Source of the DNA: Arcanobacterium buesumense
Lineage (GTDB): Bacteria > Actinomycetota > Actinomycetes > Actinomycetales > Actinomycetaceae
Length of the DNA: 64,000 bases
Assembly (NCBI RefSeq): GCF_012563545.1
Contig: NZ_CP050804.1
Coordinates: forward strand, 1,843,285-1,907,284
Direction of reading: 5' to 3'
Shown here: positions 31,169 to 40,057 of the stretch, in pieces
How positions within the stretch are numbered: position 1 is the stretch's first letter
Layout of the letters: every line of letters begins with the position of its first letter
Program-made: the position numbers and the translations under genes
Notes under the pieces: generated by a model
What the model saw: the letters and a program-made list of their open reading frames with translations, nothing else
Told to the model about the DNA's origin: nothing
Databases searched by the model: none

Positions 31169-32465
31169 GTGCTAGCTGCACTCCACCTTCTTGTTTCTCG
31201 CCTACGAATCGCTGGCCCTGATGAGGCTCTTGTTATTTCCGGTGCTGGGGAATCTGGGGCGATGAAAATTGTTCCTCCGGGTGGCAAAGTTTTTGTTGTG
31301 CCGATTTTGCAGAGCACTTCTAAGATTTCGTTGGAAGCCTACAAGATTCCGTTGTGATTGACTGCCTTGACCGGTCCACAATTCCACTCGATATTGAAGC
31401 AGTGGCAATGGTCAAGATTGGTCGTCGAACTCATCGATTCGGGCTGCATCAGAACGTTTCAATGGCCGTCAAGAAACACTGCCAGACTCCGTCGTCGAAG
31501 TTCTTTCCGGAACTCTACGTTCGGTCGCTGGCCGATTGTCTGTATCGGAACTTATTTCTGATCGTGAAACGTTCTCCAGCCAGGTCGCGCAAGGCGCCGA
31601 AGAAGATCTCGCACGTATGGGCATCCCTGTTGATACGCTACAAATCAAAGATATCTCGGATAAAAACGACTACATCATGGCGTTAAGTGCCCCAGAAGCA
31701 CAACGAGTCTCACGTATTGCGCGCGTAGCAACGGCAGAAAATGAGACGCAGGCAAACGAAGCTGAAGCTGAATCAAAGCGTAAGATCGCTGAACAGAACA
31801 AGGATCTGGAAGTCTACCAGGCCGAAATGAAGCGCATGACGATGGAAGCCCGGGCGATTGCGGATGCGGCTGAGCCGATCGAACGCGCGAAGCAAGAAAA
31901 GCTGATTACGTTGCGCGAGCAGGAAGTCGCCGAGCAAAAGGCTGTTTTGAAGGAACGCGAACTGGAAGCCAGCGTTCGCAAACCGGCTGATGCGGAACGT
32001 TACCGCGTTGAGGTTCAAACTGAGGCTCGCAAGGTTGAGGCCGTGTTGAAGGCAGAAGCCGATGCGGAAGCAATCAAGAAGACCGGTAATGCTCAAGCAG
32101 AAGCAAGCAAGGCTCTTGGTTTGGCGCAGGCAGAAGCAGACAAGGCTCAAGGTTTGGCACGTGCTGAGGCCGACAAGGCTCAAGGTTTGGCAGAAGCAAC
32201 TGCGATGGACGCCAAGGCGTACGAATGCATCGATAAGATGACCGTCATTTCAACCGATGGCACAACCGCCCTCACCCGTGGAGTGACCAACAACGTCAGC
32301 CAGCTCAACGAAGTTATCAACGATCTGTTAGGCATCAACTTGGGAACGCTCACCAGCGGAATCTTGCAATCCACCAAGCTATTCCAAACAGAAGATCATC
32401 AGGCCGAGACAGAGGGCCATGATGCTGAGCTATCCGCCCCGAAAACCGGGCTGGATGAGGAGTAA
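31169..32465 (+). pseudogene. Flotillin-like SPFH (band-7) protein gene disrupted by at least two internal frameshifts plus a probable one at the 5' end
   Basis: Pieces in three frames: LAALHLLVSRLRIAGPDEALVISG..KISLEAYKIPL (frame 2), VIDCLDRSTIPLDIEAVAMVKIG (frame 1), ASERFNGRQETLPDSVVEVLSGTLRSVAGRLSVSELISDRETF... and a long Ala/Glu/Lys coiled coil (frame 0). Together they reconstitute a flotillin (FloT/YuaG-like) layout. Confidence 0.6.
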
Positions 32466-32499
32466 CTTTCTGTTTCTGCTAGACCATCTGGAGAAAAGG

Positions 32500-32528
32500 A
32501 TTGACAGTTGACATACGCCAAAATATGA
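32500..32528 (+). promoter_or_regulatory. Sigma-70-like promoter for the putative tracrRNA. -35 TTGACA (32500-32505), 17-bp spacer, -10 TATGAT (32523-32528).
   Basis: Consensus hexamers with canonical spacing, read directly from the sequence. Confidence 0.4.
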
Positions 32529-32534
32529 TGGGTG

Positions 32535-32640
32535 TGTAACTGATTTCTCAGTAAGCTCTACCATGTTTGTAGAGTTGAATGCTCCACCGGTTTCCGGTTT
32601 TATATTCGGGCTGTGTTTTTCAACACGGCCCGAATATTTT
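32535..32640 (+). ncRNA. tracrRNA: Putative tracrRNA of the type II-C system: 5' anti-repeat, nexus-like hairpin, two further hairpins, intrinsic terminator ending in TTTTT
   Basis: GUGUAACUGAUUUCUCAGU is complementary (one bulge, a few G:U pairs) to the 5' half of the repeat as transcribed from the minus strand (GCUGGGAGUCAGUUACAUAAC). Hairpins ctctac..gtagag and ccgg..ccgg, terminator attcgggc..gcccgaat + ATATTTTT, directly upstream of cas9. Confidence 0.55.
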
Positions 32641-32655
32641 TGCCATAATAGTGTC

Positions 32656-35600
32656 ATGTCTGATGTTATTAATTTTCGTGTAGGTATTGATGTTGGCACT
32701 AATTCAGTGGGTTTAGCCGCTATAGAAATTGGGCCAGATAATTTGCCGTCGAAAATCCTTAATTCTGTAGTTTTTACGCATGATGGTGGCGTGGATCCAC
32801 AAAATCGCAAAACAGCAGCGACTCGGTTAGCTGTCTCGGGAGTGGCCCGTCGAACACGTAGACTCATTCGACGGAGAAAACAACGTCTCCGTGCTCTTGA
32901 TGTTTTCCTACAATCCCATGGATATCCTTGCCCAAACCTTGAAGAGTTCGACGATCCTCACTTTCCGTGGCATGCTCGCGCTCAACTGGTTTCTGAGCCT
33001 GTTGCACAAGAAGAACTACCTGAACTTTTTTCCGTTGCGATACGGCATATAGCCCGCCATCGGGGATGGCGTAATCCTTATTCACGAGTAGAATCACTGC
33101 ATCTGCCAACACCGCCTTCAGAGGAATTGAATAACCTCAAAAATAGACTGATTGAAGAAACCGGAGTCGTACTAGATGAAGATGCGACACCTGCAGAAAT
33201 AATCACTGAAGTTATCTCAGATATGCGAAAGATACGTGGTCCTGAAGGAATCCTCGGTGGAAAACTTCGCCAGTCAGATAACGCAAATGAGATTCGTAAA
33301 ATTGGCGAAGTTCAAGGATTGGATTCCTCTTTTATTAATGACGTTATTGATCATGTGTTCGCTGCCGAATCTCCTAAAGGAAGTTCCGCAAAACGTGCCG
33401 GGAAGGATGAACTTCCAGGCCAGCACGACAAGTTCCGTGCCGAAAAGGCGCATCCTGCATTCCAGGAGTTCCGAATTGTTTCAGTAGTAGCAAATCTACG
33501 TATCAAAGATCTTGAGACAGGAAGTATCCGTAAGCTTACCCGCGATGAGATGGATACAGTTGTTACATATTTAATGAATGCTTCTGCTGAAGATTCTGTT
33601 ACATGGGATGACGTTGCTACCAAATTAGAGATTTCTAGAGATTGTTTATCTGGAACAGCTTCACCTGGCCCAGATGGTGATCGCCCTTATTTGATCCCAC
33701 CAACTAACACAACAAATCAACGCATACTTGAGTCTAAGCTAAAACCGCTTATTGCTTTTTGGAAGAATGCAGATCTAGATACTCGGTCTACACTGATTAA
33801 CGAGATGTCGAATTCATCAGAGATTACCGATGATTCCCCAGGAGCAGAAGAAGTTCATGACTTCTTGACTTCTTTAGCAGACACAGAATTAGAAAAACTA
33901 TCAACAATTAGTCTTCCCGCCGGAAGAGCGGCTTATTCGGTAGATTCACTTCAACGCTTGTCTCGGCGGATGCTTAACGATGGCGTTGATCTTTTCACCG
34001 CACGCAAATTAGAGTTTGATGTGCCTGATGATTGGCGCCCATCAGCTGCCCCTATAGGCGATCCAGTTGGCAATCCTGGAGTTGATAGAGTTCTTAAAAT
34101 TGTTAACCGCTGGTTAATGAATGTTACCGACAAATGGGGAGTTCCAGCCACAGTAAATATCGAGCATATTCGCGGTGGATTTGGTTCCGAAGCTATGGCT
34201 CGTGAATATGAACGTGAAGTTGGACAGCGCTTCAAGCGCAATCAAATGATTATCGCCAAAATACAAAAAGATAATGACATTAGTGGACCTGTCCGTTCCG
34301 CAGATATTACCCGCTACTTGGCCGTTAAGCGCCAAAATGGGGCATGCGCGTATTGTGGTACAACTATTTCTCTGGGAACTTGCGAAATGGATCATATTGT
34401 TCCACGAAAGGGACAAGGCTCTACAAATAGTCGATCCAATTTATTGGCTACCTGCCGTTCTTGTAACCATAGCAAGGGAAATAGGTTGTTTAACTTATGG
34501 GCTAAAGAACAGAACAACCCTAATATCTCATTTGAAAAAGCAAAGGATAGAATCACGTTCTGGATTAAGGATGACGGCTTATCACCAAAACAATGGAACC
34601 AGTTTAAGCGTGATATCATTATGCGACTTGGTCGAGTTACCGAAGATGACGAACTTGATTCACGCTCTATCGAATCAGTTGCTTGGATGGCGAGAGAGCT
34701 TCGCCATCGTATTGAGTCTCATTATTTGTCTACAGGTTCCGATACAAAAGTTAACGTTTTTAAGGGAATGATAACGTCAGAAGCTCGCAAGGCTTCTGGC
34801 TTTGAAATGCAAGTAGAGATGATAGGCGATCGTGGAAAAACACGATTGGATCGACGTCATCATGCTATGGATGCTTGCACTATCGCACTAATGTCTCCTT
34901 ATGTTGCACAGGTGTTGGCTGAGCGCATTAATTTACGAGAGTACCAGCAACTTACTCGTGAACGATTCACCTGGAAAGAGTACCGAGGAAAGGATGAAAC
35001 TCATCGTATTTCCTATGGTAAGTGGCTTAACTCTATGAATCGTCTGTTAGTTCTGTTCAACGAGGCACTGCGCTCTGATTCGATTCCAATTATGGAAGAT
35101 CTTCGTTTACGTCTTGGAAATGGTACTGCTCATGATGCCACTATCCATAAGTTTGGCAAGAAACGCCTTGGTGACGCATGGTCATTCGAAGATATCGACA
35201 AGGCTTCAACCCCACAAATGTGGCTAGCATTAACTCGTTGTTCTGATTTTGACCAAAAGGATGGTCTTCCAGAAAATCCTGAGCGAACTATACGAGTCAA
35301 AGATGTCTACTATACTGCTGATGATGAACTGGAGTTGTTCCGAACTAAGGCAGCACTACTTTCGGTACGCGGAGGTTATGCAGAAATTGGTAATACTATT
35401 CACCATGCTCGCATTTACCGTATCAACGGAAAGAAGATCTCCTATGCGATGGTACGAGTTTTCGCAGTAGATCTTCATAAACACCGCCATGAGGATTTAT
35501 TTAATGTTGTCCTTCCTCCGGAATCTATTTCAATAAGAACTGCTGCGCCAAAAATTAAGCAGGCATTGGCTGATGGAACTGCTGAGTATCTTGGTTGGGT

Positions 35601-35940
35601 TGTTGCTGGGGATGAAATTGAAATCATTCCGTCAGATCCTAAGGCCTTCGCCAAAGGCGCTATAGGTGAATTATTTGAGGATTTCCCTGGGTTGACACGT
35701 TTTAAGCTAGTTGGATTCGACTCTCCTTCAAAACTACGTTTGCGACCAGTCAAGCTTTCTAGCGAAGGCCTCAATGACAACTTTACTTCAGGTAGCCACG
35801 ACATTATTGCTAAAGCTGGGTGGCGTCCAGAAATCAATGTCGTATTTAGCAAAGCTCAAGTACGCGTCATCCGAAGAACTACTTTAGGAAACATTCGGAA
35901 TACCAGTAGTTCACATCTTCCATCATCATGGCAGGTCTAA
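32656..35940 (+). CDS. cas9: Type II-C CRISPR-associated endonuclease Cas9 (compact, about 1094 aa)
   Basis: RuvC-I GIDVGTNSVGLA, RuvC-II NIEHIRGG, HNH DHIVPRKGQGSTNSRSNLLATCRSCNHSKGN, RuvC-III HHAMDACTIAL. Followed by cas1-cas2. Start placed at MSDVINF. The longer ORF from 32563 would overlap the tracrRNA. Confidence 0.95.
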   Translation: MSDVINFRVGIDVGTNSVGLAAIEIGPDNLPSKILNSVVFTHDGGVDPQNRKTAATRLAVSGVARRTRRLIRRRKQRLRALDVFLQSHGYPCPNLEEFDDPHFPWHARAQLVSEPVAQEELPELFSVAIRHIARHRGWRNPYSRVESLHLPTPPSEELNNLKNRLIEETGVVLDEDATPAEIITEVISDMRKIRGPEGILGGKLRQSDNANEIRKIGEVQGLDSSFINDVIDHVFAAESPKGSSAKRAGKDELPGQHDKFRAEKAHPAFQEFRIVSVVANLRIKDLETGSIRKLTRDEMDTVVTYLMNASAEDSVTWDDVATKLEISRDCLSGTASPGPDGDRPYLIPPTNTTNQRILESKLKPLIAFWKNADLDTRSTLINEMSNSSEITDDSPGAEEVHDFLTSLADTELEKLSTISLPAGRAAYSVDSLQRLSRRMLNDGVDLFTARKLEFDVPDDWRPSAAPIGDPVGNPGVDRVLKIVNRWLMNVTDKWGVPATVNIEHIRGGFGSEAMAREYEREVGQRFKRNQMIIAKIQKDNDISGPVRSADITRYLAVKRQNGACAYCGTTISLGTCEMDHIVPRKGQGSTNSRSNLLATCRSCNHSKGNRLFNLWAKEQNNPNISFEKAKDRITFWIKDDGLSPKQWNQFKRDIIMRLGRVTEDDELDSRSIESVAWMARELRHRIESHYLSTGSDTKVNVFKGMITSEARKASGFEMQVEMIGDRGKTRLDRRHHAMDACTIALMSPYVAQVLAERINLREYQQLTRERFTWKEYRGKDETHRISYGKWLNSMNRLLVLFNEALRSDSIPIMEDLRLRLGNGTAHDATIHKFGKKRLGDAWSFEDIDKASTPQMWLALTRCSDFDQKDGLPENPERTIRVKDVYYTADDELELFRTKAALLSVRGGYAEIGNTIHHARIYRINGKKISYAMVRVFAVDLHKHRHEDLFNVVLPPESISIRTAAPKIKQALADGTAEYLGWVVAGDEIEIIPSDPKAFAKGAIGELFEDFPGLTRFKLVGFDSPSKLRLRPVKLSSEGLNDNFTSGSHDIIAKAGWRPEINVVFSKAQVRVIRRTTLGNIRNTSSSHLPSSWQV

Positions 35941-36863
35941 CTACTGAAAGATGGAGGTCCTTGGACTTTAGTCAGTTCAGGGGCTCTATCTCAGCTGTTC
36001 GTGGAGCGTTGTCGGTTAAAAATGATGAATTAGATCTGACTGTCCCAACAGCTGATGTTAGTGTCGTTCTTATTGGCGTTGGCACAAAACTATCTGCCGG
36101 AGCTATGCACCGTCTCTTAGAAGATGATGTTGCAGTTATTTTTTGTGATTGGAAGGGCGTTCCCTATGGTGGTTCTTTTGGATGGAGCGATCATAGCCGA
36201 GTAGGTGCTCGCCATCGTGCCCAAGCTTCTCTCTCGGAGCCAAAAAGAAAATCGACCTGGGCTCGTATCGTAAAGGCAAAAATTTTAGGTCAAGCGGCCG
36301 TGCTTGACTACTGTTCACGTCCCGGGGGCTCCTTACTGCGTAACCTATCAAAAAATGTACGATCTGGTGATACTTCTAATGTTGAAGGTCAAGCGGCAAG
36401 ATCTTATTGGCAATATTTGTGGGGTGATGAAGGATTTAAACGGCAGCCGGGAATACGGGATCAAGTTCTTCCAAGTAACTCAATGCTTGACTACGGTTAT
36501 ACAATTCTTAGAGGTCACGCGATACGGGCGGTTTTTAGCGCAGGTTTATCGCCAACTATTGGGTTGTTTCATCATGGGCGTTCCAATTATTTTGCACTTG
36601 CAGATGACATTATTGAGCCATTTCGCCCTGCGATAGATGCGTGTATCGCATCAGAGTTTTCCGGTGAATCAATTGAAAGTCCTGACATTCGCAGAGCTAT
36701 CGTTGAGGTTGCACATTCCACTTTCGGACAGACTGGGAATTCCATTCCAACTGAAATGACAGCTCTTGCTCAACGTTTAGGACAATTAATCGAAGGGGAT
36801 CCACAGAAGCTATTGGTTAATGTGTGGTCGCCTATTATGACCTTAGGCATCACAGATGAGTAG
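35928..36863 (+). CDS. cas1: CRISPR-associated endonuclease Cas1 (type II)
   Basis: Conserved Cas1 blocks (..LDYGYTILRG.., acidic C-terminal region). Start overlaps the cas9 stop. Confidence 0.9.
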   Translation: MAGLTTERWRSLDFSQFRGSISAVRGALSVKNDELDLTVPTADVSVVLIGVGTKLSAGAMHRLLEDDVAVIFCDWKGVPYGGSFGWSDHSRVGARHRAQASLSEPKRKSTWARIVKAKILGQAAVLDYCSRPGGSLLRNLSKNVRSGDTSNVEGQAARSYWQYLWGDEGFKRQPGIRDQVLPSNSMLDYGYTILRGHAIRAVFSAGLSPTIGLFHHGRSNYFALADDIIEPFRPAIDACIASEFSGESIESPDIRRAIVEVAHSTFGQTGNSIPTEMTALAQRLGQLIEGDPQKLLVNVWSPIMTLGITDE

Positions 36864-37176
36864 TGATCCCATGTGGTGTCTTGTAATGTTTGACTTACCA
36901 ACGAAAACAGCTTCACAAAAACGTGAGTATTCGTCATTTCGAAATTATTTGTTAGATATTGGTTTTTCTCGTGTGCAATATAGTGTTTACGTACACTACT
37001 CCCCCACAGGGCTTATTGGTACTCGTCTAGTCAAGGGAATCAAAGCTAATCTTCCGCCTGGTGGCGAGGTTAGGATTGTTCACATCAGCGATAGACAATG
37101 GTCCAAAGCATTTCGTTTTGCTAATGCAATTGAAGAAAAACCAGAAGAAGCTCCCCAGCAATTAATGATTTTTTAG
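36856..37176 (+). CDS. cas2: CRISPR-associated endoribonuclease Cas2
   Basis: About 100 aa. N-terminal LVMFDLP pattern typical of Cas2. Overlaps the cas1 stop. Confidence 0.85.
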   Translation: MSSDPMWCLVMFDLPTKTASQKREYSSFRNYLLDIGFSRVQYSVYVHYSPTGLIGTRLVKGIKANLPPGGEVRIVHISDRQWSKAFRFANAIEEKPEEAPQQLMIF

Positions 37177-37226
37177 TGTTTGGGGCACCATTTTTTGTTG
37201 AAATAGTGCCCCAAACACTAACTCCT

Positions 37227-38030
37227 TAAGTCTATCAAGGAGTTATGTAACTGACTCCCAGCCCTCGATTTTAGCTGCTCTGGCATCGTCTAAGTCTATC
37301 AAGGAGTTATGTAACTGACTCCCAGCCCTGAACAGCTCCATGCGAATACTCGATTAAGTCTATCAAGGAGTTATGTAACTGACTCCCAGCACGCCACCCT
37401 GGCTTACTGAACGTGCCGTAAGTCTATCAAGGAGTTATGTAACTGACTCCCAGCGCTGCGGCGCGAACCAGAAGCAGAAGCTTAAGTCTATCAAGGAGTT
37501 ATGTAACTGACTCCCAGCCTGGCCTTGCACTTGTTGCATTTCGATCTAAGTCTATCAAGGAGTTATGTAACTGACTCCCAGCCGCGGTATCTGGGAAATC
37601 CCGGACGTTGTAAGTCTATCAAGGAGTTATGTAACTGACTCCCAGCCTAACGATAACAGGATCGGCAAAGCCCATAAGTCTATCAAGGAGTTATGTAACT
37701 GACTCCCAGCCACTCTTTCAGGCATCGCACAAAAGTTCTAAGTCTATCAAGGAGTTATGTAACTGACTCCCAGCTAGAAGAAGCTATCGAACAGATTGGC
37801 GCTAAGTCTATCAAGGAGTTATGTAACTGACTCCCAGCGGCGAAAATAGTTAGGTTTACAGCGTCTTAAGTCTATCAAGGAGTTATGTAACTGACTCCCA
37901 GCCTATTCTAGGGGTTCCACGCGTGATACTTAAGTCTATCAAGGAGTTATGTAACTGACTCCCAGCAACCGCAACAAATCAACGAAAAGGCGCGTAAGCC
38001 CCTTAAGGAATTACGCAGCCAGATCCCAAC
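37227..38030. CRISPR. CRISPR array: 12 identical 36-nt repeats (taagtctatcaaggagttatgtaactgactcccagc) plus one degenerate terminal repeat (37995-38030), 12 spacers of 28 nt, period 64. It is probably transcribed on the minus strand.
   Basis: Repeat positions counted directly: 37227, 37291, 37355, 37419, 37483, 37547, 37611, 37675, 37739, 37803, 37867, 37931, and degenerate at 37995. Confidence 0.95.
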
Positions 38031-38621
38031 ACTAGCGAAGATACATTCTTGGAACGCCCCAACCAAATCGCTCCTATTTTCAAGCACAATCATCTTCTTT
38101 TCAAGCGCAATTATCTTCGCGCTTGGTGTAAATTTTATTTGGAACTCATATACGTTCCGAGCAATTGTAGCTCGGCTGACGGTATGAGTTTTCTGTTTTC
38201 TAAATTAACTCCAAGTGAACGCCCTTAACCCCAAGCAAACACCGCCTTTGGTCTTAGTTTACTTTCTCAATGTTCCCGATTCTAATACGATCATCACGCC
38301 TACCCACCCTGCCGACATAGTGGATACCGGTTTCTCAATGCGGCACTCTTCCTTTGTGCATTATTAAATGCGTTATGGATTTATATTCTCTTTCAAAGGC
38401 TTCACTACAAGGAGACAAATCGCTTCCCGCTACATTGCGGGAGCAGCTGAGTCGCATCTTGTTGATGTAGAATCGTTGCAAAATTACTCAAGGTTTGAAC
38501 AATCAATTGGTTTATTTAATGCTTGACCAGTCAGCCAGATAAAGGGGCTAAGAGCCATGTCAAATAGGTCATTTTTATGCGATGCAGAGCAACAGCCTTT
38601 GCCAGACGGTGAAAACGGCAA

Positions 38622-38807
38622 GTGTGGCAGGTGTCGTTTATTGATGACGATGGCATGCTGTTGTTTGACAATGGCGGTGTCACTTTCGATAAGAAAACAG
38701 CGTTCTCATTGTTCCGTTCTTTTCCCCATGATTTTACGCAAGAACAGATAGAAATTATTAAAAGGCAGTTGCCGCACTGGTATGACTTCTTTTCTGATCG
38801 CTTATAA
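38622..38807 (+). CDS. Hypothetical small protein (61 aa) in the AT-rich region downstream of the array
   Basis: Protein-like composition (MWQVSFIDDDGMLLFDNGGVTFDKKTAFSLFRSF...). Weak start context. It overlaps alternative ORFs on both strands. Confidence 0.2.
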   Translation: MWQVSFIDDDGMLLFDNGGVTFDKKTAFSLFRSFPHDFTQEQIEIIKRQLPHWYDFFSDRL

Positions 38808-38983
38808 AACGCCTTAACATCCCCCACAGCAAGCCGAGATATCGATCAATACACGAAGACCATACCGATACCCGAGCTACGATTGCTCGGCTCAGTATGG
38901 GCTTCATTTCTAACAGTAGCAGGGAAACTCACCGTCGTCGAAAAATCGTTCTTGATTGACGACGACGGCCTGCCACTTTCGTT

Positions 38984-40057
38984 CTACTTCCTCTCCGCCC
39001 CGTCGTAGACCCGATCAGCTATCGCACACATCTGTTCATATTTGCGTTCAATATCTGCAACCAAAGCGATCTGGTTACGGGCACGGACTAGATTGTGTTC
39101 CGGATAGTCAGTAGCAAAGTAAATATCGCCGTCGAGGTAATCGGTTAAGAACCGCATACCACATTCCGCCGTCATCAACTTCGCCGAAAAAGCAAACAAG
39201 TCGAGTTCAGCGGGAGTGAGAGTTTCCCGCAAAGCCGGGATGAAACCTTCGCAGTATGCGGTGTAAAGATCGAGGCTGAAACCTACTTTCGAACGATCTT
39301 TTTCGTCTTCATCGGCAAGGGCAGCGCCGGTACGTAGCGCATCGCCGAAATCGTAGAGTAAGGAACCGGGCATGACGGTGTCAAGATCGATCACTGCTCG
39401 GGCTTCGCCGGTATCTGCATCAAGCAAGATGTTGTTGATCTTGGTGTCATTATGGGTGACGCGAGAGGGAATCTCCCCGCTAGCCATCAGGTCTGTCACA
39501 CGCGAATACTCAGCGGCCCGCTCCATAAAGAACGCGATCTCGTCTGGCACATCAGCCACTCGCCCAGCCGTATCTTTTTCGATCGACGTCAACAAGTTCT
39601 GGTATCGAGTCGGAGTGTGGTGGAAGAACGGAATCGTTTCAGTCAACATAGTAGCATCGAAATCCGCCAAATCGCGCTGGAATTGACCAAACGTAGCAGC
39701 AACTGAACGAACCATATCTGGCGAGGTTGCCAAACTGTAGGAGCGCGAATTATCGATATACCGATACATTCGGAAGAACTCATCGCCATGCTTTAAGTAA
39801 AGCGCGCCATCGAGCGTCGGAATAATCTCCAACGTCTCTTTGCCTTTTTTCACCAAATGTTCCGTAACAAGTTTGATGTTATTCATCAAACTATCGACGT
39901 CGGTAAACACTGTCGTATTAATCTGCTGAACAATATAGTCAGCACTATCGGTTGTTACTCGATAGGTGCGGTTAATATGACCATCACCCCAGCGATCACA
40001 CGATGTAATATCCCCAGAAATACGGAACTGACGTGCAATATCTATAACGTCATTCAT
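38984..40057 (-). CDS. nahK: N-acetylhexosamine 1-kinase (aminoglycoside-phosphotransferase-fold), GNB/LNB pathway
   Basis: APH-fold motifs (HNDTKINNILLD, DLDTVMPG). Lies immediately downstream of the GH112 phosphorylase, as in lnpA-lnpB operons. Confidence 0.7.
   Translation of the reverse strand: MNDVIDIARQFRISGDITSCDRWGDGHINRTYRVTTDSADYIVQQINTTVFTDVDSLMNNIKLVTEHLVKKGKETLEIIPTLDGALYLKHGDEFFRMYRYIDNSRSYSLATSPDMVRSVAATFGQFQRDLADFDATMLTETIPFFHHTPTRYQNLLTSIEKDTAGRVADVPDEIAFFMERAAEYSRVTDLMASGEIPSRVTHNDTKINNILLDADTGEARAVIDLDTVMPGSLLYDFGDALRTGAALADEDEKDRSKVGFSLDLYTAYCEGFIPALRETLTPAELDLFAFSAKLMTAECGMRFLTDYLDGDIYFATDYPEHNLVRARNQIALVADIERKYEQMCAIADRVYDGAERK

Noticed and set aside
32563-32655. The 5' extension of the cas9 ORF (MFVELNAPPVSGF...) given in the six-frame track
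   Set aside because: These codons lie inside the predicted tracrRNA hairpins and terminator, and the Cas9 homology (RuvC-I) begins right after the Met at 32656. The extension is an artefact of an open frame.
37177-37226. Hairpin gtttggggcac...gtgccccaaac between cas2 and the array as a possible tracrRNA or leader element
   Set aside because: It has no complementarity to the repeat and no U-tract on either strand. It may simply be a structural element or a weak terminator. The anti-repeat is found upstream of cas9 instead.
38557-38751. A 64-aa Cys/Arg-rich ORF with a plausible RBS downstream of the array
   Set aside because: Its composition (CGRCRLLMTMACCCL) looks like an out-of-frame reading, and it overlaps two other ORFs. 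It is not called, and only the overlapping 61-aa ORF is listed, at very low confidence.
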